In this document: positions 1 to 14,200 of the stretch, in pieces
Numbering within the stretch: the first letter of the stretch is position 1
Layout of the letters: each line of letters begins with the position of its first letter
Assembly (NCBI GenBank): GCA_965153285.1
Contig: OZ229114.1
Reading direction: 5' to 3' (one strand)
From: Podarcis tiliguerta
Taxonomy: Eukaryota
DNA: 64,000 nucleotides
The notes under the pieces: model-generated
Seen by the model: only the letters and a program-made list of their open reading frames with translations
What the model was told of the DNA's origin: nothing
Database searches by the model: none
Program-made: the position numbers and the translations under genes

Positions 1-3000
1 CTGGCAGCTGCTAAACAATGCCTGGACTCCATGAAACATTGCTGTAAGGAGAAGACATGGTGGCGTTTGTTCCTGGCACGCAGTAAGATATTTTTCTCTT
101 AATATTTAAGAATGAAATAATTCAGTTGCCCAATTGTTTGCCCAAATGCGTGATCTTTGAAGGATCTGGGGATATAATCTGGCAACGCTGCATAGTAAGA
201 AAGCTGAGGACAAACAGGTAAAGGTCTTCTAAGCAGTCTCCCCAACCTTACATACACACTCATATCGTAACAAATTTGAGGAATAAATTTCTCTAATGCA
301 CTTCTTCTGAAACATGACATTTTTTGTTATTCATGTTTTTGGCTGCGAGTTTGACATCTGTAAATGCCAACAAAGCTAGGAAAGAACATTGACTTACAAA
401 ATGAATGAGGCAAGTTAGTCATGACTTTCAGTCCCATGGATTTCAAAGGGAACTTAAGTGCAAATAACTTAGTGTGGAAGATGATGCAACCCAATGCCTG
501 CCAATAAGATTCATACCACAGATAACAATAGCTTTTTGAAAGCTGGTCAAATAGCAACTCTGACATTGGTAGCACCTTAACAAATTAGGTACACTGAAGA
601 AAACATTGAAGTGACTACCTTTGTGAGATAATACTGAGACAAAGTAGCTGCATTGAGAGCCCATTCTACTGGATAGTAGCCACTATATTCAAGCTGCCGT
701 TTAAGGGTGGTATGGCAATACTGTGCAGCCTTCTCAATCATCTCCAGGTGCTGGTAGACTTGGGCCAGATAATATAACGTATGAGTATAGACTTTCTCAA
801 ATCTGGGGAAACAGAGGGTTTAGATTTAATTTTAAGACAGAAACACCCCTCCCAATCTCTGACTTTACAGTTCAACATATACCTTTTTGATCTTTCTTGG
901 TCAGTAAGTTTCTCTTCTTCATCCATAAAATGTTCACTGGAATCAATCGGGGGATTCCCATTCTGCAAAACATAACATATACGAACTTAATAAATACATA
1001 CAGTGGATTTGTGCTCTCTACAGGCTGCACTTTGGTACTGCAGAGAATATTAAGTTAAGATGCATCCAGAAATATGTTCTTATTGCACAAAACATCTAAA
1101 TATCAGGACATCCAACCAGAAGACATATCTCTTTCTTAAAAATCTGTTCTTCCCTATTGTGTTGTAGAACCTGTAATCATGCATCTCTAACTGCACATTC
1201 TTCTAAAAACCTGTTCTATCCTCTTGAACAGTTACTTCTTGAACTCTGCAGCACTGACAGAAAGAATATGATGCATTTAAACAAGAGTTTCAGTAAATGT
1301 AACAATATAGGAAAAAAGAAAGAAAGTTTACCTCGATGAACAAACCAGAAACTCTGGAAGAATATGCTTTCAGAAATTTTTGCTTTATGTGCTACTCAAT
1401 GCACTCAAGACAAAAGTGGTTGCAACTAGATACAAGACATCACACAGAAGTAAAAACAACACAAGAGAAATATATCCCTGAATGAACAGCATATTTAATA
1501 TTGAGATCCAGTTATTAGTTCAAGCTCTTGAACAACTCTAGAGCACAAAGTAGTCACATGTCCCTGTTATAAATTTATTTCTCAAGCTTAATTTGTAGCT
1601 GCTTTTATTCTCTTTGCAAATCACTAAGGCGGCTTCTTTCTTCTGCTTGGGAACTGGCGGGATAGTGGCAGACGCCATTTTGAGTTAGCCCCAGCTGTAC
1701 GCCAATTAAAATGGGGCTAACAGAGACAGAGGAGTTTGCAAAATCAGGGAGAGGGCAGCAACTGGCCCCCACATATCCCTTTTAATGTTTCACCACATTT
1801 CTACCTTTAATAAGTCACTTTGAGGGCATAATTGCTGAAAAGCAAGATAATTTTTTTAATAACAATAAATAAGACCCATATGTATAGTTAACAAATCCAA
1901 CAAAAGGTTTCTGGAATTATGTTCTGAATACAAATCTGGTTCCTCTAGCTCCATTTCACTTTAGGTCTTTCTGGAGCTGCAAACCCTTCCATCATTATAA
2001 GTGTGATTAACAAGTCTGGACTCCCAGATTTCTTTGGCCATCACTACCCAACTACTACCTCACCTCTTCGGCAGGGTGAACTGTAAGTGCTTTCAAGTGA
2101 AACTCAAACCAGGGCAGCTACCTACAGTCACCTTTATCTATCTCCCTGTCACTGAGTTGCAGCATTAAACCTGTCAATTCCTCAATTGTTTTGTTGCCCT
2201 ATGTCTGCGTGTGTAGCATAAGCCACTGGCCAAGCACAGAGGGACAGCTGCTCCTTGCACTGTCAAAGTATCTGGTTAAATAACAGCTTCAGAATTAAGA
2301 AGCTTTATTAAGATCAGGGACAGAGAAAAATGGGGGAGGGGAGAGACAGTTTCATAAAGAAATAAAAGCAGTTTCCTCTCTAAATAACCTATGACATACA
2401 ATATCACAATGGTATCTTAAATGCACTTGCAAGGGGGAAAGGTCACCCATCATATTTGGAAGAATGCAATAATTCTTATTTTCAACCAAGTAAAACTAAG
2501 GGAAATGAGTTGACAGGGTGTGAGACATTTAACCTCAAATCAAGGATGATCAAGTGGGACTGGACACACCTCCCAAGGCAGGGTTTTGACACTAGGGAGA
2601 TGACAGGTTTAGCATGAACATAAACCAGCACCCAGGAAGCTGAGCCACTGGTACCTAGATTCAACAATACAGGAAGAATACTCTAAATGTGACAGGTAGG
2701 TTGTTAAGAAACAGAAGAACTACACTGGATTAAACAAGAAGGCAGGCATGTTCTTCTCAGGCCTTTCTCCAAAGCATCATCATCTCTAGTCAAAAGCAAA
2801 TTCAGCAAAATAAGACAAGAGCGTAAATATGAAACAAGTGAAATATTTTCAGCATCACTTTTAAGAATTTGCCAAAGTGCAGCACTCCACTGGTTTCACA
2901 GAAGCCATGTCGGAGAATGAACAAACACTGGAAATGCAGAAAGGCAGGGCAGTGCATAAATAGCGCCCCCGAGGGTATAACAAAGGCTCCATTGTGCTAA

Positions 3001-5826
3001 TGCTATGGCACAGCAGAGTCAACAACTTAGAAGGCTGCTTGTTATGCATAAGGAGTTTAGCTTGTTAGAATCCTCCTGAAATACAGAAAAGCTCTTTTTT
3101 AGAAAACTAATTCTGCACTGCATTTTAGCCATACAGCAATAAGTTAAAGTGTTTTTAGAATTTTCCAGTTATTATAACTAACAATGGAAGTGTCCCTAAG
3201 CTGTTTTATAGATGCTTTATGTGGTTACAGAGGGATGAAAGCACAGCTGCAATTGTGAGTTGACACTGATTTTCTAGTCAGCTGTTTGCACAGAACACTC
3301 TGCATAAATGCCAACCATTTTGAAGCTATCTAAAAATGATATCTGAACAGTAGATATATTTTTCACTTAGTACTATAGTTATTTTTCAGAATTCAGGCAT
3401 CAAAACTCCTGACAACACATATATTGTATCAAAATGTCTCATTTTATAACACGAGAAAACAGGCCTCTCAACTTGCAAAGCTCAGTAACAATTACCGTAT
3501 TTTTTGCTCTATAAGACTCACTTTTTCCCTCCTAAAAAGGGGAAATGTGTGTGCGTCTTACAGAGCGAATGCAGACTGCGCAGCTTTCACAGAAGCCAGA
3601 ACAGCAAGAGGGATTGCTGCTTTCACTGCACAGCGATCCCTCTTGCTGTTCTGGCTTCTGAGATTCAGAATATTTTTTTTCTTGTTTTCCTCCTCCAAAA
3701 ACTAGGTGCGTCTTATAGAGCGAAAAATACAGTAATCCAGAAAGCCTGTTTATTATTTAATGATTGCAACTCATTGATATTAGAACTTGAAATTTTGATT
3801 ATGCCTTGAGGTGCCACCACATTACAGAAACATAAGACGTGCTCATACAACACATTACCTCTTTCATGTACTGATTATATAAAGCCTCTGCAGATTCCAA
3901 GTAAGTCTGAGCTGTTTTAATGTTATCTCTTTCTGACCACAGGATGCCCAGGTTATTCTACAAAAGAAGAGGGAAATTGACATTTTTTTGTAAAGCTATG
4001 AATGGCACAAATCCACCATCAATGAATAGGGAAGAGGGGTCACCCCCTTACATATTATACAAGAACCAGACTAATACTATACTTATTCCTAACACCCTTA
4101 ACAAATTACTGTTGGAAGAATTTTTGGGGGAAGCCTTAAACATGCTGTGTACACACAGCCTGCTACTGGCACACAAATTATTTTGATCCACAGACTCTCT
4201 TGAGTGGAGTTACTCAGCTCTCAAACTGCAATAGTAAATAATCAATGTAAGCACATGAACTGCAAATTTGTTTTTCATTTCTTGAAGTAACAGTGTTACT
4301 GCCTTGCAAACCTATATTCCAGAGGATGGTCTGCCACCACCACCAGCTCAACCCTTCCTTAATACTTTGCACCGCAGCACTGCATTTCTCCAATCTGACA
4401 CATGCCACCCCCTTGCACTAAAACAAGAAGAATAGACACATGGCTGCAGCAGCAACAAAACACAGAAAGCCTTCTGGATTTCCAACACTGATATGCAGTT
4501 TCAACAATACTTCTATAGAATGGGTAACAGTTCAAAGGTTATCCTTACAAAAAGGCAAAACAATGAGAAGAGTGGGGAGGAAACAACTTCATTCATTGAT
4601 GGATTTTAAAAGTGTGGACAGTTAATGTTTGTTATGTAACATTCCACACATCTTTTGGAGGCATCATCCAGTACTTCAACAAGAGTTCCAAAGTGCCAAA
4701 TCAAATAACTTGGATCTTGAGATCCTGTGAGTTAAATTACTGACAAAAATCTCTGTTCAAAGAAAAGGAGAGAAGGAAAGAATATTTTTGCTGATTTCCC
4801 CTTTCCTCCCCCCCCCCCTTCTAATATGGAGGAACACCGGAAGTATGGGAAGAGGTGAAGGAGGATGAGAGAACCAGCAAACGTTGCCTGCTCTCTTCCG
4901 CTAGCCATTAGATCCGACTTTGGATCCAAGCCAGCATATTATTCGTCTTAGATGCCTATTATGCATCGACTAGATTTCATAATGAGGAGAGATGCCGCAG
5001 AATCGATTAGGCTAACAAAACTAAAAACACAGCCATTTCCGTAAGGAAAATTGCACAGGTCAGGAAAGCTCATTCTCCCCAGTTGATTTCTGACTTCCAA
5101 ATGATGCCATCCCCCAGGACAAACGGTGACTGCCCCGGCCCAAGAAAACCTTTGCTGTTAAGACGGGTGGGCGATGAATGTACACACTGCGCCACGTGCC
5201 CGGGCTGATGTTTAAATGCCCCGGCAAGTATGCGGCACTCTAAGGTTTAGGAACCTGCATTATCCCAAACAGCGCGAACGACGCAAAGAGGTTTGACGCG
5301 CGTGTGCGGGGGGGGGGCACACGTTCATGCACCCTGTTTCTTATCCACCGCTCCTCGCAGTTGTGGGTCTGAGCCCCCTATTGGGGTGAGCTATTGCGGG
5401 AGGGGGAGCGACCGACGACCCCTTCCTTCCTTGCCCCACCTGGGCCTGGATGTAGAGGGAGACGCACTCCCGGGAGAGGCGGTGAGGCTCCAGCAGCTGC
5501 GCGCACTTCACCAGGTGCTCCTCGCCGGCCGAGTACTCCTGCGTGTCGGTGTGGTTCACCCCGAGCTCGTACTCCACGGCGGCCAGCGCCACGGCGCGCT
5601 GCCGCTCCCGCTCGTCGGCCCCGGCCGCGCCTCCGCCGGCGCCTCCCGGGCTGCCTTCCGCCTCCTCGGAGCCCAGCTGCTGCTTGATGCCTTCCAGCAG
5701 CTCCCGGGCGCTGTACTTGGAGCGGTACGGCTCCGTCTCCGGGTCTTTCTTGGACTCCACGTAGGAGAGGTTGACGGCGCTGCGGAACTTCTCGCACAGC
5801 GAGGCCCACTCGGCGGGGGTCGCCAT
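1..5826 (-). CDS. KIFBP: KIF-binding protein (KIF1BP/KIAA1279), exons 1-5; 3' part runs off the window
   Basis: Exons (minus): 5440-5826 (MATPAEWASLCEKFR...DPETEPYRSKYSARELL...SLYIQAQ), 3859-3957 (NNLGILWSERDNIKTAQTYLESAEALYNQYMKE), 883-962 (NGNPPIDSSEHFMDEEEKLTDQERSKR), 619-802 (FEKVYTHTLYYLAQVYQHLEM...EWALNAATLSQYYLTK), 1-41 partial (QCFMESRHCLAAA). GT-AG boundaries, phases consistent, peptides match recalled human KIFBP, and synteny next to DDX21. Confidence 0.96.
3495..3732. mobile_element. Tc1/mariner-superfamily (pogo/Tc2-like) MITE
   Basis: TA-flanked TIRs CCGTATTTTTTGCTCTATAAGAC/GTCTTATAGAGCGAAAAATACAG. A second family member lies at 15827. Confidence 0.8.
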
Positions 5827-6130
5827 CTTCCCACTGAACGGGCTGCTGCGCTTTCCTCGCTCGTCTCTCGCCTCCTCCACTCGCGCTCTCTCTCCCGATC
5901 AGTTGGCTTTATGCCCGCCCAGAACCCTCCCGAAGGGTAGTCCGCATGCGCGTCAACCTCGTTCCCTCAGTTAAAATGGAGGCGCGGGGAGCGGGTGACG
6001 TCACAGGCGGCAGAGGGACGGAGAGAAGGGAGCAGAGGCCGCGGTGGGCGCCAAAGGCCACGCGCGCGAAAAGACCGCGACAGCAGAGGAAATTGGGCTC
6101 AAGCGTAGTTTTGTGGTTATCTCCGTGAGG
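5180..6130 (-). promoter_or_regulatory. CpG island / KIFBP promoter with CRE, NRF1-like and YY1 motifs
   Basis: GC/CpG-rich block over exon 1. Perfect CRE TGACGTCA 5996-6003, CGCATGCGCG about 5943-5952, and AAGATGGCG (YY1-type) over the ATG at 5821-5829. Confidence 0.75.
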
Positions 6131-7846
6131 GAGAATAGGGGTCTCCCAGGAACTCCTGGCACGCTACACGTTAACGCTTTGGAAGGATAAGGGGGGGGGG
6201 GGAGCCACGACTGTTGTTTGGAGTGTCACCACACTCTGTCGTCTTTGGTTGAATACCGGATCTAAAGATGATTTTTCATAGCCCAGAGATTTACAGTGGT
6301 TCCTAACTTGGAACACAAAACCCTCAAGAAGAGGGGAGCGAATCCAGGAGAATCCCCATGGTTTAATATTTAAATATAAAATATTTACCAGACTGGTCAA
6401 TTAACTTGGGAAAGATTTTTTCCACACTCGAATGTTGTGATTTTGCAATCTTGTGTTGTTTTATTTACTGATCAATGGCACTTCCCCTCTTATGCTCCTC
6501 TGTAGGATGCATTTTCATGCTTTTAAGAGGGCTTTGGGCAAAAAAGCAGTACATAATAGTAATTGCATATTATTAATGTGTATTGTTGTTATTTTATTAT
6601 CTACCCTTCACCAGCAGGTCCCAAAATGGGTTACAACAGTCTAAAACCAAACATTAAAAACCACCCACACCCAGAGTGGCTGGGGAAACCCAGCCAAATG
6701 AGCAGGGTATAAATAATAAATTATATTCTTCTTCTTCTTAAAAAAATGTGCAGCTAATAGCTTGTTCTGGAGTTTAGTGATATAAACCTGTCCTTTGTGG
6801 TCTGTTGGGTCACATTTTCAGTGCTATTTCAGATTCACAGGGTTGTGATAATATGATTGGCTCTGAGGCAGGGTGGGGTGGGCATTGCAGCCTATCTCTC
6901 CCACTCTCAACACTAGGTGTCCACCGCAGCTTGTGCTGCTTGCCAAACCCACCTACAACTGTCACCCACAGCAACCCTTCACCTCACCAACCCCCCACAC
7001 TTACCCATTAGACCAGGAGTGGGGAACCTGTTTGGCTCCAACCTGTGGGCCTCCTTTGACATATGGGCAGGGCAACCCACCCGCTCATCACATGACATAA
7101 TTGCAATGTCACATAACTGAAATGTGATTGTCCCACTAACACATCTTGATCTGAAATATCAAACGGAGATTCCCAAGCTGCTCCAGGCCGATAGCTTCAA
7201 TGTTCTTTAGGCCATCCTCCTGCTCCCCACTCCATATCAAGAGGTACAAAACAGTGCCAAGGCGCACCAACCCCACCTCTTCACCACAAAGCTCCCACTT
7301 CCCTCTAGGCCTCACCAAGTCTCCCACACCACTGAGCTGAGACCTTCTGCAAGCAGAAGACAACGGCTCAGGTGAGATGTGGAAGGACACTCATGATAGG
7401 ATAGCTCCCTAGCAACCGTACTGCTCTCCTGTCACTTCCCACCTCTTTGCCTTCTGCCACCAAAGCTGAAACAACATAGTGGGTAAAGCGGACAGCGGAG
7501 CAGACAGCTGATGAGCAGCTGCCCTGGCTAGTTGTAACTTTATCCAAAGCTTGCCTGGACCACCCACTGCCACCTCCCTCCAAGGCTACAATGGCCTGAC
7601 AGCTCTCAGAAAGCTGTAGGTTGTGGTGCCATCTATCAGCAGCCAAGCAAAGTGATCATGATTATGGCCTTAAGAAAAATGTAGAAGATTGGGGTTGAGC
7701 ACCACTGCATTTAGTACAGCTGGCTCCTGATCCTACACCACCATTCACTCACACTAACTAGCACAAAGGGATGGCATAGCAGCCCTTGGGTTGGAGCCGG
7801 ACTTTGCCTTCCGCAAACAACAATGGCTCCTTCTGTCCACAGCTTT

Positions 7847-7852
7847 TTTATT
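7847..7852 (-). terminator. Probable DDX21 polyadenylation signal AATAAA
   Basis: AATAAA on the minus strand about 380 nt after the stop codon. No transcript evidence. Confidence 0.45.
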
Positions 7853-8232
7853 GAGCGGTGAAATCCTGCTAGTGGAATGGGGGAGGGGAGAGAAGGAGGC
7901 AACATTTGACAAATTCCCCACTCCCTGTTCAGTCCCCTAGAGCCACATATTGTTCCAGAGGATCCTCTAACCCCCCCCCCGAGCAATTTTTTTCAGGGGG
8001 AATTAAGCAAACTCTGGACCCAAGCCCTTATTGCAAAATTACCTAGTAACATTCAAAACTAGAACGATTCACTCCCGTTTCCCTACCCCAACAAGTGAGT
8101 TATGCGGCCAGAATTGTCTGAATGAGACAAATATAAGAAAGCAATAAAAAGCACATAGGAAAGTGTAACCAACTTTACTTCTGATAAAACAAGTGATTTA
8201 GTCCCAGTTGTGTATGACATATTAACAAATGA

Positions 8233-11200
8233 TCAAAAAGCCCGGCTATGGCTTCTTTTTTGGCCCCTGTTTCTGAATCTGTCATGCCTGTTGGAGCCAC
8301 CACCTCGCCTTCCATTCCTGAAATCTGAGCCACCACTTCGGCCGCTGTCACGTGATTCTTCAAGCTCGGGCAATTCTGTTGCCACAGAAAGTTGCCAGCG
8401 TCTTGTATCTTGCCATGTTTGCTAATAAAAAACAATTTTTTTGTTATCTCTACAACCGGCACTGAATTTATAAACTAGTATTTGCAAACATCACATAATA
8501 TAAAAGGATAGAAGTTTTCTGAGATGCATGGAAGATTCCCCCCCCCCCACAAGGCATCAAAGTAAGATAACAAAAGTATTGTTATATTGCCCTCTTGACA
8601 CCTCAAGGTAACCTGTTATTTCCTCTTTTATGTTTCTTCCATACAATGACCAATGAAAGTTGGTTAAAGGAAAGTTTCAAAACTTCCAAAAGTGAGCATT
8701 TCTGTAAAAAAAGAAGCCATGTTTCTTACTTTAACTAGTGTTTTAATCAGTTTCCCAAACTTGGGCTTCCAGCTGCTTTTGAACTACAACTCCCATCATC
8801 CCTAGCAAGACAGACCAGTGGCCAGGGATGATGGGAACTGTAGTCCAAAAAAAATAGGAGGAGACCCAAGTTTGGGAAACAATGGTTTAGGTAACACTTT
8901 ATAAATGTTATTCAGCGATTGAAAAGTTAATTACATTGCCTCTAGTTATTGGACATAATCTGATAAAATACATGTTTTAACCACATGGTGGTGTTGTTCT
9001 GAATGGAATCGAATCTTGGGCAAGAGGTATTTAATGACAAAGAAGAGTAGAAATGATCAGGTTCCATTTCACCCCTTAATTAAATTTCTTAAACCAATTT
9101 CTTCCTTCATAAAATGCAACATTTCCAATTTAATGTTTTTATAATGATAGATGGTCATATTTCTTCTTTTATGTATTAATAATAAAGTGGAAGAAACTTA
9201 AAAATCCATTAAGTAGCAATTTCTCACCTGTACTTTATTTAGTTCAGCCACAGGAATATCAAAGCACACACCCTGAATACAAGAGAAAGACCGTCAGGCA
9301 TTGAACAAAGTAATCTGCAACACTATGAAGAAGGCAACCTTATTAGTTCACATATTAAGATGCAACAGTAAGTGCCTGACAAAGTGCCGGCATTTGACTT
9401 GTACAAAAAAATTATAGAGCAGCGTGTAAGTTAATAGTTCAGGTACTGGCGAAGGCCAAGTATTTTACAGACCAGCTTTAAGAACAAGAAAAGGCTACTA
9501 TAGTGTGATGAGGATAAACACAGATGGCTGGTTTTTTAATAACTAAACACAAGTCAAATGGAGAAGGATGAAAAGATTTGTCAGTCATTAACATTAACCA
9601 GAAGTAATAACTACACAGTACTTGAAAAAATTCCTGCAAAAATATGATGTCTACACAAAGAAGTGCTTGTATTTTATTCCGTCACTTATAAAGCAAATCA
9701 AATAACCCTTACTTCCAAACATTTTATGGATGTTACAACATGCTCTGTAATCCTTATTCATAGTAATTCTAGAGTACATAATTAATGTTTCTATTTACAA
9801 TGTTAGAGAGCTAGGACTTATTCACGGCCACATAAAGTGATGATTCATTCTCTGCATATTTCCAACATAATATGTTCTATCCTACGACAACACTAACTCT
9901 AATTATAAAATTCATCTTCATATCATTTCATTTTGATTTTCAAGTGCAAAACCTGTGCTTTGCATGTTATCAGAACAAATGAGGAAAAACAAATACTATA
10001 AAATGCTCAACTAGCAAATACCTACAAAATGTCTAGGTCAATATTTCTTACCGTCTTCCCCTTAAGAAAGCGCATTCGGGACACTTTGCTGTCAATGTCC
10101 TCACCCAGCTGTTCTTTCAGACCTCGCCAAGCATAGCCAATGGTGTGCATTTCTACTGAACACTGAAGTGTCATGGTCACAAAACCCTTTAATAAAAGCA
10201 AGCAGCAATAGACATTTACAGTAACAGCAGAGGGATATAACCGGTTAATTGTTAAGAGCTTTGACAAAGGTCTTTACATTACAACTAATGGCTCCTAGGT
10301 TGTAGGTGGTGCAGCCTGATAAGAACACATGCTACCACTCCTAGAAAGCACCACACTGGCTGTCAGTGAACTACCAGGCCAAATTCAAGGTGTTAGTAGA
10401 GTACTAGCATATATAAAGCTCTAAGTGGCTTGGGGCCCAAGTATCTAATAGAGGCCTTCCCCAATATCAAACATATTTGGACCTTACAATAAGGCAAGGC
10501 CTTGTTGGTGTTGTCAATGGGGGCTATCTGGTAGGGGGTGATGCATGACAGGGCCTTTATACTGGGAAGATCTGTCGTATCTCTGTTTGTGGAATGCTTT
10601 CCCTGAGGAGATTCCCTGGCACCTTCATTATACAACTTTAGGCTCCAGGTGAAAACATTCCCATTCAACCAGGTTTTTGGCTGACTGACATCCTATATAT
10701 TGTGTTTTTGAGAGGGGGTTGGGGTTATTGTTGTTTCTTGTTTTTATTATGTGTTTTGTGTTTTTGTCTTGTATTTTTATGCTGTGAACCGCCCTAAGAT
10801 CCACAGATGAAGGGTGGGGTATTAGAATTTGATTATTATTATTATTAATAAAAACTACATAGGGTACAAAAAGGGTTCCACAAAAATTCAGTGAAACTAC
10901 CAAATACTGTTTAGCTTTTATAAAACCAATCTATATTTAATATCCTTAATACATCCTCATTGGGAGGCCAGTCATACAATTAGGGCCAGTGCAGATATAA
11001 GCAGCATTCAAATTCCAGTTAAAAGAGAATCCTGGATAACCTTAACAGTAGTTAATATTGTTGCCATCACAAAATTCAATGTCTATGAATGTGTGTGTTT
11101 TATCCTTGGTAGTGGGAGGAAAAGATCCCCCGCCAAAGAACTACAGGGCCCATGCACAATCACTTAATTATGGCTCAAATATTATTCGTTCATTTACTTA

Positions 11201-14200
11201 GTTTGTTGCATTTATATCCCACCTTTTTCTCCAAGTTCAAGGTGGTGTATGTGGTCTTCTCCCATTTAATCCCCACAACAAACCTATGAGGTAGGCTAGG
11301 CTGAAAGGCAGTGACTCACCCAAGGTGACTGATTGAACTGTATGGCCCAGTGGAGACTTGAAACCTCCCAGGTCCCAGTCCTACACTCTACCTATTATAC
11401 CACACTGGCTAGTCCTTTGTCAAAAAGAAAATGTATTGGTACATTCAGTATGTCAGGAGGGTGTGTGTGACCTTTTGGGTGCAGCAGTTTCACTGTGTTC
11501 TCACCCAAATAATGGAGAGTCCTTTCAGGAAAGTTTGACTAGGACTCTCCTTAAAATAGATCTTAGACTATATAAATGTTATGCAACTGCATGCCATATT
11601 TACCGCCTCTGAGTTGAGCAAAGAACGCTGTTCAATGGCAGTAGCTCCAGAAATATGAGCCAGTGCGGCAGCCAGAGCTTCCACTGCCCCCTTTTCCTCT
11701 ATCAGCCGTTCAGCTGCCGGTCTGAAGTGGTCAATGGCAGATGGAGGAACGGAATCCAAAGATCTGAGCAAAATATTAGTCAGTGTCATGTAAACTGCTG
11801 AAATGAGAAGTGTACATTTTATAACACAGGAGATACTGAAGCTTAAACAAGGCTGCAATCCTGAATACACACTGGAGAGCAAACCCCACTATTTCTGGGC
11901 TTACTTCAGAACATGTACAGGATTGCAGCTTTGGAATTCTAGGGTTGTATCCAATGGCTGACAGAAGGTGACTTCCATAATCTTCTCCTCTTCCCACGTT
12001 GCCTTCTACAAAAAGTTTTTTCAGAGGCTAAAGGAGCTCCACTCAACAGTATATGCTGGACTACAACAGAAGTGGGTAGATAAATCATTTCCCCCTCCCC
12101 ATGTTGTTCAGGCAAGTCCCCCCCCCCAAAAAAACCCCTCTGCATCAGCTTTTTGAGCAGCATGGAGAACAGAGAGGGGGAAGACCAGCTGGATGCAACC
12201 CCTAGATTATTACCCAAACTTCCCCGTATGCCTCCAGTAATTTGTTTCTTCGTTTTCCCTGACATATTCAGATCAAATCAGTACACACCCACATACATAC
12301 TCTCCACAGCTGACAAAAGTGCTGATTATCATGCTGCAAAGAAACAAAAATGTGCAACAGTGCTACTGTTCTTGTGAGCTAAAACAGAAGGCCGTGAAGC
12401 AGAATCTGTAATCTGTCTTCATTAAGTCAATATCCTGATCTGATCTTGGACAGATATGGTTAATGGAAACTCATGACATGCGCTGGACACTGCATTAAGT
12501 TCAAAATATAAACAAAGAATGAAGTACCTGAGAGCATCTTTACTGGAAGCCTTAATAATGTCCGTTGCTGTAGGAACACCCACGCGTTTAAATGTAATCC
12601 CCTGAAGATAAGAGTAAGAGTATGTACATTATTCAAGTGAAAAGCCACCCTTGGAGACACATGCCAATGGCTTAGATATACAACATATAAATGACACAAA
12701 AATGTTGGAAAAAGATAATTACCGCTTTTTGTTCTACTTGTCTCAGCTGATAATCTTCCTTGCGCTGATAGAAACAGATGCACATCCCAGTTCGGCCGGC
12801 TCGACCTGTGCGCCCAGAACGATGAATATAGGACTCTACATCCTTCACAAATGAAAAGTCGTGGGAAATGCTTATATTAATCTTACGAAAAAGCTACAGA
12901 GGAGCCAAACATTCACATTTACTGACATGCAAGAGTGTTTAGCTATGCAAAATGAAAGACAGATTGCACAAAACACTACATGTGGCATCCAATGTTGTGT
13001 GCCACTTTTAGTGTCACTTTAAGTAAGCTACCTCTGGCCTGCAACATGAACATACAATTAAAGGGGGTTCTCTCCTTTCCACTAGGAACTAGTAATTTAC
13101 CTTTGGTGGTGAACTTTGTATTACCAGATCAACCTCTGGGATATCTAAACCTCGGGCAGCTACATTGGTTGCAACCAGAACTCCAAATGATCCATTGCGA
13201 AAGCCTTTCAGTGTAACTTCTCTCTGCTTTTGTGGAATATCACCATGTAAAGACTGTGCATCCTAAGTACATAAAACAGAGTTAATGGGAGATTATTGGC
13301 AGAAGTGACAAATGATAAGGATCAGTTTCCTTCCCACCCCAAAAGCAATTTAAATGAGCTCTGACAGATCTTGGATGCAAAATAATATTTTCCCTGAATT
13401 CTGACATGCCCATTTTCTATTTTTCCCCTTTTCATGAAAAGTGTGATGTCCAAAATATCCATAGCTGGATTTGTAGCAATTTGTAGCAATCCTTTACAGA
13501 AATGAGGGTCATTGCACCTGTTTTATTGAGGCATTCAGGGCCAGTTCCGTTGCTTCTTTTTTGGTCTCACAAAATATGATGGTACGTCCATGACTACCAC
13601 TGTAGACTTGAATAACGTCTCCAATGACAGCAGCTCTCTGGGACCAATGACATTCAATAGCCAAATGCTGTCAGAAAATGAAATTAATGCTGGTTAGCAA
13701 GAAAAGAAGCTATGACTAAAGGCTAAATTAGTTGAACATTCGTCCCACTGAAATCAATGATACAAGATAGGCTGGAATCTTAGCCCTGCTTACCTGGGAG
13801 TAAGCCCCAGTGAATTCAACAGGACTTGCTTCTAAGTTGACATGCCTAGGAGTGGGCCATAAGTTATGATTTAAATGCAATTGATTTCAGTTTGACCGAA
13901 GTATAACCAACTTTGGATCCAACCCAATTATCTTTACTGTGAGTTTGCTTGCTTTTTTAAAAAAAGAATTACACTTGGTACACACAAATTTAATCTTGTT
14001 TCACTGGAAGAAATTACTTACTTCTACATTCATTGCAGTCTTTTGAGTCTTCTTTCCAATAAGATCAATTTGCTCATATCTAGATTTCATGTATTTCTTT
14101 GCTACATCATAAACCCAATGTGGGCAAGTTGCAGAAAAGAGTAATGTCTGTGGATTATCTTCAGAATCTTTAACACAAAACAAATATTGTGTCATACAAA

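Noticed and set aside
5293-5974. Plus-strand and alternative-frame ORFs over KIFBP exon 1, and an N-terminal extension from 5880
   Set aside because: GC-rich shadow ORFs. The 5880 start is GTG, and homology begins at the ATG at 5826.
8175-8462. 95-aa ORF over the last helicase exon
   Set aside because: Wrong frame. The true exon frame ([21 protein letters not shown]...) runs 8421 to 8233.
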